A stretch of 64,000 bases of DNA from Clostridia bacterium. GTDB taxonomy: Bacteria > Bacillota > Clostridia > UMGS1883. Shown piece by piece: positions 18,705 through 27,758 of this stretch. The stretch lies in contig JAZOSB010000026.1 of the NCBI GenBank assembly GCA_045656865.1, positions 9,949 to 73,948 of the forward strand. Direction: 5' to 3'. Each line of letters starts with the position of its first letter. The first letter of the stretch is position 1. The position numbers were made by a program, and so were the translations under genes. A model generated the notes under the pieces. That model worked only from the letters and a program-made list of their open reading frames with translations. It had not been told where the DNA came from and did not search any database.

Positions 18705-20093
18705 ATGAAACTGTATAATACATTAACCCGTTCAAAAGAAGAATTTAAGCCCCTCGTTCCAGGTGAGGTAAAGATGTACTCCTGCGGACCTACGGTTTAT
18801 AACTATTTCCACTTGGGAAATGCCCGCCCTTTTATCGTGTTCGACTGTTTAAGACAGTTCCTTGAATACAGAGGATATGATGTAAAATTTGTACAGAACT
18901 TTACCGATGTCGATGACAAGCTTATCAATAAAGCAAGGGAAGAGGGTACAACAGTTCCCGAAATTGCCGAAAAATATATCAAGGAATATTTCGTTGATGC
19001 CAAGGCACTTGGAATCAACGAAGCATCTGTTCATCCCCGTGCAACGGAAAATATTGATGCAATCATTGAAACCGTACAGACACTTATTGAAAAAGGCCAC
19101 GCTTACGAGGTTGAGGGGGACGTTTATTTCTCCGTAGAAAGCTACAAGGATTATGGTAAACTCAGCCATCAGCCACTCGAAGACTTGGAAAGCGGTGTCC
19201 GTAAGGAGCTTGATGATAAGAAGCATCATCCTATGGACTTTGCTCTTTGGAAGAAGAGAAAGACCGACGACGAAATCGGCTGGGAAAGTCCATGGGGAAT
19301 TGGCAGACCCGGCTGGCATATTGAATGTACAGCAATGGTTAACCGTTACCTCGGTCATACAATTGATATTCACAGTGGTGGTTTCGACCTTATTTTCCCT
19401 CACCATGAAAATGAGATTGCACAGAGTGTATGTGCAAACGGTACGCCCTTTGCAAATTACTGGCTTCACAACGGCTTTATCAACGTAAATAACGAGAAGA
19501 TGAGTAAATCCCTCGGTAATTTCTTCACAGTGCGTGATATTGCCGCAAAATACGACTATGAGGTTATCCGTTTCTTTATGCTTTCAGCACATTACAGAAG
19601 CCCCATCAACTTCTGTGACGAGCTTATGGATGCGGCGAAGAACGGTCTTGAAAGAATTTACAACTGTATTGATAATATTGATTTCCTCCTCGGCAATGCC
19701 CCCGACGGTGAAGCGGATGAGGAAACCAAGACAGCAATGGAAAACTATAAAAACAAGTTCATCACTGCAATGGAGGACGACTTGAATACGGCAGATGCAA
19801 TCTCCGCAATCTTTGAAGCGGTACGTTTTGCAAACAGCATAACATCCCCCAACAAGGCACAGCTTCTTCTTGCAAAGGATACAATCCTTGAACTCGGCAA
19901 TGTTCTCGGTCTTCTCAAAAATACCGAAAAGGCAAGCCTTGATGATGAAATTGAGGCTCTCATTGCTGAAAGAACTCAGGCAAGAAAAGACAAAAATTGG
20001 GCACTTGCCGACAAAATCCGCGACGACCTTAAGGCAAGAGGTATCGTTTTGGAAGATACTCCCGATGGAGTAAAATGGAAAATTGAGAAGTAA
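18705..20093 (+). CDS. cysS: Cysteine--tRNA ligase
   Basis: HLGNARP (HIGH) and KMSKSLGN (KMSKS) motifs. ATG 18705 follows AAAGGTGA. Confidence 0.95.
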   Translation: MKLYNTLTRSKEEFKPLVPGEVKMYSCGPTVYNYFHLGNARPFIVFDCLRQFLEYRGYDVKFVQNFTDVDDKLINKAREEGTTVPEIAEKYIKEYFVDAKALGINEASVHPRATENIDAIIETVQTLIEKGHAYEVEGDVYFSVESYKDYGKLSHQPLEDLESGVRKELDDKKHHPMDFALWKKRKTDDEIGWESPWGIGRPGWHIECTAMVNRYLGHTIDIHSGGFDLIFPHHENEIAQSVCANGTPFANYWLHNGFINVNNEKMSKSLGNFFTVRDIAAKYDYEVIRFFMLSAHYRSPINFCDELMDAAKNGLERIYNCIDNIDFLLGNAPDGEADEETKTAMENYKNKFITAMEDDLNTADAISAIFEAVRFANSITSPNKAQLLLAKDTILELGNVLGLLKNTEKASLDDEIEALIAERTQARKDKNWALADKIRDDLKARGIVLEDTPDGVKWKIEK

Positions 20094-20105
20094 GGAAGAA
20101 AAGAT

Positions 20106-20519
20106 ATGCTTTTTACGGCAGATGGACTTAATCCCAGAGAATACAGCCCCCTGGCACTTGCATATATAGGGGACACGGTGTATGACCTTTTTATAAGAAC
20201 AAAGGTTCTCTCTAAAGGCAACCGTCATGTTACCGAAATGCACAAGGAATCGGTCAGCTTTGTAAAGGCACATTCACAGTCGGTCAGCGCATACGCCCTT
20301 GAGGAATTTCTTACCGAGGACGAAAAGCGTGTTTTAAAATGGGGCAGAAATGCAAAGAGCAACACCACCCCAAAGAATGCCGACGTTACCGAGTACCGTA
20401 TGGCAACAGGCTTTGAAACCCTCGTCGGCTACCTCTATCTTGCAGGAGAGGACGAGAGACTCTCGGAACTTCTTGAAATTGCATACAATGCAGTCATAGA
20501 CAGTGAAAAAATAGTTTAA
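20106..20519 (+). CDS. mrnC: Mini-ribonuclease 3
   Basis: 137 aa with LALAYIGDTVYDLFIR, RGRNAKS..PKN and ATGFETLVGYLYL. The order cysE-cysS-mrnC matches Bacillus. Confidence 0.85.
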   Translation: MLFTADGLNPREYSPLALAYIGDTVYDLFIRTKVLSKGNRHVTEMHKESVSFVKAHSQSVSAYALEEFLTEDEKRVLKWGRNAKSNTTPKNADVTEYRMATGFETLVGYLYLAGEDERLSELLEIAYNAVIDSEKIV

Positions 20520-20543
20520 TTTTACTTAGGAGTGATAGTAACA

Positions 20544-21377
20544 ATGAAAAATTCCACTAAACTTCATGCCTACAGGGCAAGAAAGCATGCCATTACAGGT
20601 ATTTACAATGCCGCTTCGGGTCATCCCGGCGGAAGCCTTTCAATAGCAGATATTCTGTCAGTGCTTTACTTTGAAAAAATGAACATTGACCCCCAAAATC
20701 CCAAGATGGCTGACCGTGACAGATTTGTTCTTTCAAAGGGTCACTGTGCACCCATCCTTTACGGAACTCTTGCAGAACGCGGATTTTTCCCCACAGAGCT
20801 TTGCGCAACATTCCGTCAGGCAGACAGTATTCTTCAGGGACATCCCGATATGAAAGGTGTTCCCGGTGTTGATATGTCCACAGGCTCTCTCGGTCAGGGA
20901 ATCTCAGCAGCAAACGGTATGGCGCTTTCAGCGAAGCTTGATAATAAGGATTACAAGGTTTACGCAATCCTCGGTGACGGCGAAATTGAAGAAGGTCAGG
21001 TTTGGGAGGCAGCTATGTTTGCAGCTCATTACAAGCTTGACAATCTTGTAGCATTCCTCGACTTCAACGGACTTCAGATTGACGGTGACATTCGTGAAGT
21101 TATGAATTCAACTCCTATCGACAAGAAGTTTGAAGCATTCAACTGGAATGTAATCACAATTGACGGTCACGACTACGACCAGATTAGAAATGCAATTGAC
21201 GAAGCTCACAGGGTAGAGGGTAAGCCCACTATGATTATTGCTAAATGCGTTAAGGGTAAGGGCGTTTCCTTTATGGAAAATCAGGCAGGCTGGCACGGTG
21301 CTGCTCCCAACAAGGAACAGTTCGAGCAGGCTATCAGTGAGCTTGATGCAGCAATCGCAGAGATTGAAGCTGAATAA
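20544..21377 (+). CDS. Transketolase, N-terminal (TPP-binding) subunit
   Basis: SGHPGGSLS, SKGHCAP and GDGEIEEGQVWEA motifs. It is the first half of a split transketolase. Confidence 0.9.
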   Translation: MKNSTKLHAYRARKHAITGIYNAASGHPGGSLSIADILSVLYFEKMNIDPQNPKMADRDRFVLSKGHCAPILYGTLAERGFFPTELCATFRQADSILQGHPDMKGVPGVDMSTGSLGQGISAANGMALSAKLDNKDYKVYAILGDGEIEEGQVWEAAMFAAHYKLDNLVAFLDFNGLQIDGDIREVMNSTPIDKKFEAFNWNVITIDGHDYDQIRNAIDEAHRVEGKPTMIIAKCVKGKGVSFMENQAGWHGAAPNKEQFEQAISELDAAIAEIEAE

Positions 21378-21403
21378 GTTAATACGAAAGGAAAGTGTGG
21401 ATT

Positions 21404-22351
21404 ATGGCTATTGGTGATAAGAAAGCAACCCGCGAAAGCTATGGTATGGCTCTGGCTGAGCTTGGTGAAAAATATGATATTGTTGTTATGGATGCAGACC
21501 TTTCCAAATCAACAAAGACTGATATATTCAAGAAAAAGTTCCCCGAAAGATTTATAAACACAGGTATTGCCGAGGGTAATATGCTCTCCACAGCAGCTGG
21601 TCTTGCAACAACAGGCAAGATTGTATTTGCAAGCTCCTTTGCAATGTTTGCGGCAGGTCGTGCTTTTGAGCAGATTCGTAACTCTATCGGTTATCCTCAC
21701 CTCAATGTAAAGATTGGTGCTACACATGCAGGTATCTCTGTTGGTGAAGACGGCGCTACACATCAGTGCCTTGAGGATATGGGTATTATGCGTACAATCC
21801 CCGGTATGGTTATCATTAACCCTGCTGACCATGTTGAGGCTATGGCAGCTGTTGAAGCGGCTGTTAAATACGAAGGACCTGTATATCTTCGTTTCGGCAG
21901 ACTTCCTGTTCCTCAGATTTATGATGAAAATACATACAAGTTTGAAATCGGCAAGGGCGTTCAGCTTGCAGAGGGCACAGATGCTACAATCATTGCAACA
22001 GGTCTTATGGTTCCTTACGCTCTTGAAGCTCGTGAGCTTCTTAAGGCTGACGGTATCGATGCGGCTGTTGTAAATATCCACACAATTAAGCCCATTGACA
22101 GAGAAATCATTAAAAAAGCTGCACAGACTACAGGTGCAATCGTTACTGCAGAAGAGCATAATGTAAACTGCGGTCTCGGCAGTGCAGTTGCAGAAGTTCT
22201 TTGTGAAGAATGTCCCGTTCCTATGCTTCGTGTAGGTACTCAGGATGTATTCGGTAAGAGTGGTAAGCCCTACGAACTTCTGAAGGAATACGGACTTTCT
22301 GCAGAAAACATTGCAGAAAACGTGAAAAAGGCAATCAGCCTTAAAAAATAA
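21404..22351 (+). CDS. Transketolase, C-terminal (pyrimidine-binding) subunit
   Basis: FINTGIAEGNM and GATHQCLEDMGIMR motifs. It directly follows the N-terminal subunit. Confidence 0.9.
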   Translation: MAIGDKKATRESYGMALAELGEKYDIVVMDADLSKSTKTDIFKKKFPERFINTGIAEGNMLSTAAGLATTGKIVFASSFAMFAAGRAFEQIRNSIGYPHLNVKIGATHAGISVGEDGATHQCLEDMGIMRTIPGMVIINPADHVEAMAAVEAAVKYEGPVYLRFGRLPVPQIYDENTYKFEIGKGVQLAEGTDATIIATGLMVPYALEARELLKADGIDAAVVNIHTIKPIDREIIKKAAQTTGAIVTAEEHNVNCGLGSAVAEVLCEECPVPMLRVGTQDVFGKSGKPYELLKEYGLSAENIAENVKKAISLKK

Positions 22352-22374
22352 GACCCCAAAGGGGAATTACACCT

Positions 22375-24558
22375 ATGAATGAACTTTTAAATAAGTTAAA
22401 TATACAGCAGAGAGAGGCCGTTGAGTATATCAACGGTCCTCTTCTGGTATTGGCAGGTGCGGGCAGCGGTAAGACGAGGGTGCTTACCCACCGCATTGCT
22501 TATATGATACACGAAAACGGAATATCTCCGTGGAATATCCTTGCAATCACCTTTACAAACAAGGCGGCACGTGAAATGCTTGACCGTGTGGAAAAGCTTG
22601 TGGGTGCTGATGCAAACGATATGTGGGTAAGGACATTCCACTCGGCTTGTGTGCGTATACTGCGCCGTGATATTGACCGACTCGGCTACGACACAAGGTT
22701 TAATATAATTGATACAGACGACCAGAAAGCTTTGGTTAAGGAATGCTTAAAGGAGCTTGGACTCGAAGAAAAACAACTTCCTCCCAGAAGTGTGATGAGT
22801 GAAATTTCATTTGCCAAGGACAACCTTGTAACACCTGCGGAGTATATGCTTGACTTTGCAGACGATTACAGAAAGAAGCAAATTGCAAAGGTCTATGCTC
22901 TATATCAGCAGAAGCTTAAAACGGCAAATGACCTTGACTTTGATGACCTCATTATGCTGACTGTAAAGCTTTTTCAGGAAAATGAGGATGTCCTCCAGTT
23001 TTACAGAAACAAATTTAAATATATCCTTGTTGACGAGTATCAGGACACCAACAAGGCACAGAACGAGCTTATAATTCTTCTGGCAGGGGAGCACCGTAAC
23101 CTTTGTGTTGTGGGTGACGACGACCAGAGTATATATAAATTCCGCGGTGCGGATATCACAAACATTCTTGACTTTGAAAAGGCATTTCCAGAAACAAAAA
23201 TAATCCGCCTTGAACAGAATTACCGTTCGACGGAAAACATTCTTGATGCCGCAAACAATGTCATAAAAAACAACTACGGCAGAAAAGGGAAGAAGCTCTG
23301 GACAGATAAGGGTAAGGGAAACAAGATTTCCGTTTACAAAGCTTCCAACGAACACGACGAAGCATCCTACATTGCTGAAACAATGTCCGGGCTTTCCCGT
23401 GACGGTTACAGCTATAACGATATGGCGGTACTCTACCGTGCGAATGCAACTTCACGCGTCCTTGAAGAAGTTTTTATGCGTAAGGCAATTCCGTACAGGG
23501 TTTTGTCGGGACTTCGTTTCTATGACAGAAAAGAAATCCGTGATATGATTGCATATCTCCGTCTTATAAAAAATAACGACGACGATATAAGTCTCAGGCG
23601 TATTATAAATACACCTTCAAGGAAAATCGGCAAGGTAACTCTTGACAAAATTTCTGCAGCGGCACAGCGTGAAAACTGCAGTATGCTTAAAGCAATTGCA
23701 TCTCACCGTGACGGCTTTGGAAACTCCGTTGCTGAGTTTTACGATACTATTGTTTACCTTTGTGATTTTGAAAAGGAAAACAAAATCAGCGACCTTGTAA
23801 ACGAAGTGTTTGAAAAAACAGGCTACCGCAAATTCCTTGAAACAGACGAAAAAGGGGAAGAGCGTGCGGATAATGTGTACGAGCTTATAAACGGTGCCGC
23901 AAATTACGAAGACAATAACGAAGAAGCCACATTCCAGGATTATATGGATAATCTGGCACTTATAAGTGACATAGATAACTATGATGAGGAGCTTGATGCC
24001 GCAATCTTTATGACAATGCACGCGGCAAAGGGACTTGAATTTCCGATTGTCTTCCTCTGTGGCTTTGACGAGGGAATATTCCCGAATATGGCAAGCTGTT
24101 ACAGTAGTGAGGAGCTTGAAGAAGAGAGAAGACTTTGTTATGTAGGCATCACCCGTGCACAGGAAATGCTTCATATAACAACTGCGAGCAGCAGAATGCT
24201 CTACGGCAAAACCTCACCCTACAAGCCCTCAAGATTCCTTGACGAGATTCCAAATGAACTTCTTGAAGTAACAGATAACACTCCAAAGGTAAACGACAGT
24301 TGGCTGCCGAAAACAGAGAGCTTCTCTTATTCAGCAGCTTCCGAAAGCTCTCTTTTTGCAAAGAGTACAACGGCAACGGTTAAATCAAGCGGTGAAACCT
24401 TCCGCCCCGGCGATACTGTAACTCACAAGAAATTCGGCCGTGGAATTATAATTGATGCAACTCCTGTGGGAAATGACATACATTACGAAATAGCATTTGA
24501 AAGCGTAGGAACGAAGAATCTTCTCGGCCTTTACGCAAAACTTCAAAGGTGTGATTAA
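22375..24558 (+). CDS. pcrA: ATP-dependent DNA helicase PcrA (UvrD family)
   Basis: 727 aa with LNIQQREAV, AGAGSGKTRVLTHRIAY, VDEYQDTN and LEQNYRS. Confidence 0.9.
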   Translation: MNELLNKLNIQQREAVEYINGPLLVLAGAGSGKTRVLTHRIAYMIHENGISPWNILAITFTNKAAREMLDRVEKLVGADANDMWVRTFHSACVRILRRDIDRLGYDTRFNIIDTDDQKALVKECLKELGLEEKQLPPRSVMSEISFAKDNLVTPAEYMLDFADDYRKKQIAKVYALYQQKLKTANDLDFDDLIMLTVKLFQENEDVLQFYRNKFKYILVDEYQDTNKAQNELIILLAGEHRNLCVVGDDDQSIYKFRGADITNILDFEKAFPETKIIRLEQNYRSTENILDAANNVIKNNYGRKGKKLWTDKGKGNKISVYKASNEHDEASYIAETMSGLSRDGYSYNDMAVLYRANATSRVLEEVFMRKAIPYRVLSGLRFYDRKEIRDMIAYLRLIKNNDDDISLRRIINTPSRKIGKVTLDKISAAAQRENCSMLKAIASHRDGFGNSVAEFYDTIVYLCDFEKENKISDLVNEVFEKTGYRKFLETDEKGEERADNVYELINGAANYEDNNEEATFQDYMDNLALISDIDNYDEELDAAIFMTMHAAKGLEFPIVFLCGFDEGIFPNMASCYSSEELEEERRLCYVGITRAQEMLHITTASSRMLYGKTSPYKPSRFLDEIPNELLEVTDNTPKVNDSWLPKTESFSYSAASESSLFAKSTTATVKSSGETFRPGDTVTHKKFGRGIIIDATPVGNDIHYEIAFESVGTKNLLGLYAKLQRCD

Positions 24559-24560
24559 CT

Positions 24561-25298
24561 ATGTATAACGATTTTGCCTATATTTACGACAAGCTTATAA
24601 ATGACGTGGATTATAAGGAATGGGCAGATTACTATTTTAAAATATTTCAAAGATATGGCCTCAGTCCCAAGCTTGGACTTGACCTTGGATGTGGAACGGG
24701 AAATCTTACAGTAGAGCTTGCAAACCGCGGTATCGAAATGACAGGCGTTGACCTTTCCGAGGATATGCTGATGGTTGCCCGTGAAAAGTCGGAGGGGATG
24801 GATATTCTCTACCTTAATCAGGATATGACAGAATTTGAACTCTATGGTACGGTGGATTTTATAGTTTCCAGTCTTGACTGTATAAACTACATAACCGACA
24901 AGAGAGATTTGCAGAGGGTTATGAAGCTTGCAAACAACTACCTTGAACCGGGTGGGCTTTTTATCTTCGACATAAATACCCGCTATAAGCTTGAAAATGT
25001 TATAGGTGATAATACCTTTATTCTTGAAGATGATGACTGCTTCTGCTCATGGCAGAATGAATATGACAAGCGGAGAAAACTGAGCGATTTTTACCTGACT
25101 TTTTTTGCTAAAGACGGGGAAAACTATACAAGATTTGACGAGCAGCACTCTGAGCGTGCTTATGAAATCGAGGAAATAAAGGCGCTTATTGAAAACTCGG
25201 GAATGCGTCTTTTGAAGGTATATCACGACCGTAGCTTCGAAAACCCGAAGAAAAACAGCGAGAGAGTATTCTTTGTAGCACAGGAACAGGGGAAATAA
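24561..25298 (+). CDS. Class I SAM-dependent methyltransferase
   Basis: 245 aa with the GLDLGCGTGNLTVELA SAM motif I. The substrate is unknown. Confidence 0.7.
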   Translation: MYNDFAYIYDKLINDVDYKEWADYYFKIFQRYGLSPKLGLDLGCGTGNLTVELANRGIEMTGVDLSEDMLMVAREKSEGMDILYLNQDMTEFELYGTVDFIVSSLDCINYITDKRDLQRVMKLANNYLEPGGLFIFDINTRYKLENVIGDNTFILEDDDCFCSWQNEYDKRRKLSDFYLTFFAKDGENYTRFDEQHSERAYEIEEIKALIENSGMRLLKVYHDRSFENPKKNSERVFFVAQEQGK

Positions 25299-25300
25299 GT

Positions 25301-26530
25301 ATGATAATCGTAATAGGCGGAGGTGCGGCAGGTATGCTTGCCTCCATTCGGGCAGCGGAAAAGGGTGCATCGGTAACACTTATTGAACGAAATAACGACT
25401 TGGGGAAGAAAATCAGAATTACCGGCAAGGGCAGGTGCAATGTCACAAACGCCTGTCCCACCGAAGAAATCTTTGAAAACATTCCCACAAACCACAGGTT
25501 TTTATACAGCGCAATATACAGCTTCACAAACTATGATGTGATAAGCTTTTTTGAAGAGTGTGGCGTGCCTCTTAAAGAGGAACGTGGTCAGCGTATTTTT
25601 CCCGTAAGTAACAAGGCAGCCGATATTGTATCTGCCCTCAGAAAAAAACTAAATGACCTTGGTGTCAATGTTGTAACAGGCAGAGTAACGGATATTATCA
25701 CGCAAGATGGAAAAGTTGCAGGCGTAAAAACAGAAAAATCCACCTATTTTTGTGATAGCGTGATTATAGCAACCGGCGGAAAGAGTTACCCTCTTACAGG
25801 CTCTACAGGTGACGGATACGAAATGGCTAAAAAGCTCGGACATAGTATAAAACCCATCAAGCCTGCCCTTGTACCCATTGAAACGAAAGAGAGCACGAAA
25901 GAGCTTATGGGACTATCACTCAGGAATATTTCAGTAACGGTTTTTGATTACAAGGGTAAGAAAAAGTTCTCCGATTTTGGTGAAATGCTTTTTACTCACT
26001 TTGGACTGACAGGCCCTGTGATACTATCTTCAAGCAGTCATATGGGTGAAAATCCCGAAGATTGCCGTATAGAAATTGACTTAAAGCCTGCTCTTGATGA
26101 GCAGACCTTGGATAAAAGAATACTTAGGGACTTTGAAAAGTATCAGAACAGAAACTTTGAAAATTCCCTTTCCGATTTACTCCCAAACAAGATTATAGAA
26201 TACATTGTGGAAAAGTCGGGTATCGACCGATACAAGAAAGTAAACAGCATTACAAAGGATGAGCGAAAGACTCTCCTCAACCTTTTAAAACACCTTACAT
26301 TTACTGTTAAGGGTTATCGCCCTGTAGCGGAGGCAATAGTAACCTCTGGCGGTGTCAATGTAAAGGAAATTAACGCATCAACAATGGAAAGCAAGCTTGT
26401 AGAGGGACTCTACTTTGCAGGCGAGGTTATAGATGTTGATGCATATACAGGCGGCTTTAATCTGCAGATAGCCTTTTCAACGGGCTACCTTGCAGGGGAC
26501 AGTGCCGCAGAAAAGGAGCTTTCAGTATGA
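25301..26530 (+). CDS. NAD(P)/FAD-dependent oxidoreductase, HI0933/YhiN (BaiN-like) family
   Basis: 409 aa with VIGGGAAGMLASI dinucleotide fold, GKKIRITGKGRCNVTN and a C-terminal GGFNLQ. Confidence 0.8.
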   Translation: MIIVIGGGAAGMLASIRAAEKGASVTLIERNNDLGKKIRITGKGRCNVTNACPTEEIFENIPTNHRFLYSAIYSFTNYDVISFFEECGVPLKEERGQRIFPVSNKAADIVSALRKKLNDLGVNVVTGRVTDIITQDGKVAGVKTEKSTYFCDSVIIATGGKSYPLTGSTGDGYEMAKKLGHSIKPIKPALVPIETKESTKELMGLSLRNISVTVFDYKGKKKFSDFGEMLFTHFGLTGPVILSSSSHMGENPEDCRIEIDLKPALDEQTLDKRILRDFEKYQNRNFENSLSDLLPNKIIEYIVEKSGIDRYKKVNSITKDERKTLLNLLKHLTFTVKGYRPVAEAIVTSGGVNVKEINASTMESKLVEGLYFAGEVIDVDAYTGGFNLQIAFSTGYLAGDSAAEKELSV

Positions 26531-27192
26531 CTAAAATAGCAATTGACGGACCTGCAGGTGCAGGAAAAAGCAGTATCTCCAAAAAGGTTGCAAAAGCACT
26601 TGGTTACATCTACATTGATACAGGTGCAATGTACCGCACAGTAGGACTAAAAGCTGTAAGATGCGGTATTGATACAAAGGACAGCGTGGGTGTGGCATCA
26701 ATTCTTCCCGAACTTGATATTGACATCAGGCATGAGGGTGTTGAGCAGCACATTTTCCTCGATGGAGAGAATGTGTCAGACCAGATTCGCACCCCCGAAA
26801 TTTCGATGGCGGCAAGTAATGTTTCCGCAATCCCTGCCGTGAGAGTAGCACTTGTAGACCTTCAGAGAAAACTTGCAGCGAATCATGATGTTGTGATGGA
26901 CGGCAGAGATATAGGAAGCTTTGTTCTTCCTGATGCCGAGGTTAAGATTTTCCTTACCGCTTCTGTAGATGCCCGTGCAGAAAGAAGATATAAGGAGCTT
27001 CTTGAAAAAGGTGAAACGGTGGATTTTGAAGCTGTAAAGGAGGATATGATTCTTCGTGACAAGCAGGATTCCACCCGTGCAGTATCACCTCTTGTAGTGG
27101 CGGATGGTGCTACCGTAATTGATACATCAAAGCTTAACTTTGAAGAATCAGTGAATGCAGTTATTGAACATATAAGGAGTAACATAAGATGA
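26527..27192 (+). CDS. cmk: (d)CMP kinase
   Basis: IAIDGPAGAGKSS and YIDTGAMYR motifs, with an ATGA overlap onto the upstream gene. Confidence 0.9.
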   Translation: MTKIAIDGPAGAGKSSISKKVAKALGYIYIDTGAMYRTVGLKAVRCGIDTKDSVGVASILPELDIDIRHEGVEQHIFLDGENVSDQIRTPEISMAASNVSAIPAVRVALVDLQRKLAANHDVVMDGRDIGSFVLPDAEVKIFLTASVDARAERRYKELLEKGETVDFEAVKEDMILRDKQDSTRAVSPLVVADGATVIDTSKLNFEESVNAVIEHIRSNIR

Positions 27193-27758
27193 GTTTTTAT
27201 AACATTGTCGTAAAAGTTGTACACGGCGTATTTAAAGTATTTATGCTTTTTAAAGCAAACGGTAAAGAGAATATACCACAAGAGGGTGCGTTTTTACTTT
27301 GCTCGAACCACAGAGCGTACAAGGACCCCGTTCTTCTTGCCATAGGCTGCAAAAGAAAGCTTACCTTTATGGCAAAGGACGAGCTTTTTCATAAGCCCGT
27401 TTTAGGTTTGCTTATAAAATCACTCGGTGCATTCCCCATAAAAAGAGGGAAGGGCGATGCTGCAGCAGTAATGGCAACCCTTAAAATTATGAAAAAAGGG
27501 GAGGCTACCGTTATTTTCCCCGAGGGAACGAGAATGAAAAACGGCGAGAGGAAACAGGTTAATTCGGGTATTGTCCGTCTTGCTATTCAATGCGGCGTAC
27601 CGATTGTTCCTGCATATCTTACGTGGAATTCAGTTACATATGGTAAACCCATAAATTATAATGAATACACAGAAAGTGTCCATGACGCTGATTCTATGCA
27701 GCTTCTTGCTGACGGACTTATGGACACAATATACTCTTTAGGAGAAAAGAATGAGTAA
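27189..27758 (+). CDS. plsC: 1-acyl-sn-glycerol-3-phosphate acyltransferase
   Basis: 189 aa with NHRAYKD (NHxxxxD) and FPEGTR motifs, and an ATGA overlap with cmk. Confidence 0.85.
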   Translation: MSFYNIVVKVVHGVFKVFMLFKANGKENIPQEGAFLLCSNHRAYKDPVLLAIGCKRKLTFMAKDELFHKPVLGLLIKSLGAFPIKRGKGDAAAVMATLKIMKKGEATVIFPEGTRMKNGERKQVNSGIVRLAIQCGVPIVPAYLTWNSVTYGKPINYNEYTESVHDADSMQLLADGLMDTIYSLGEKNE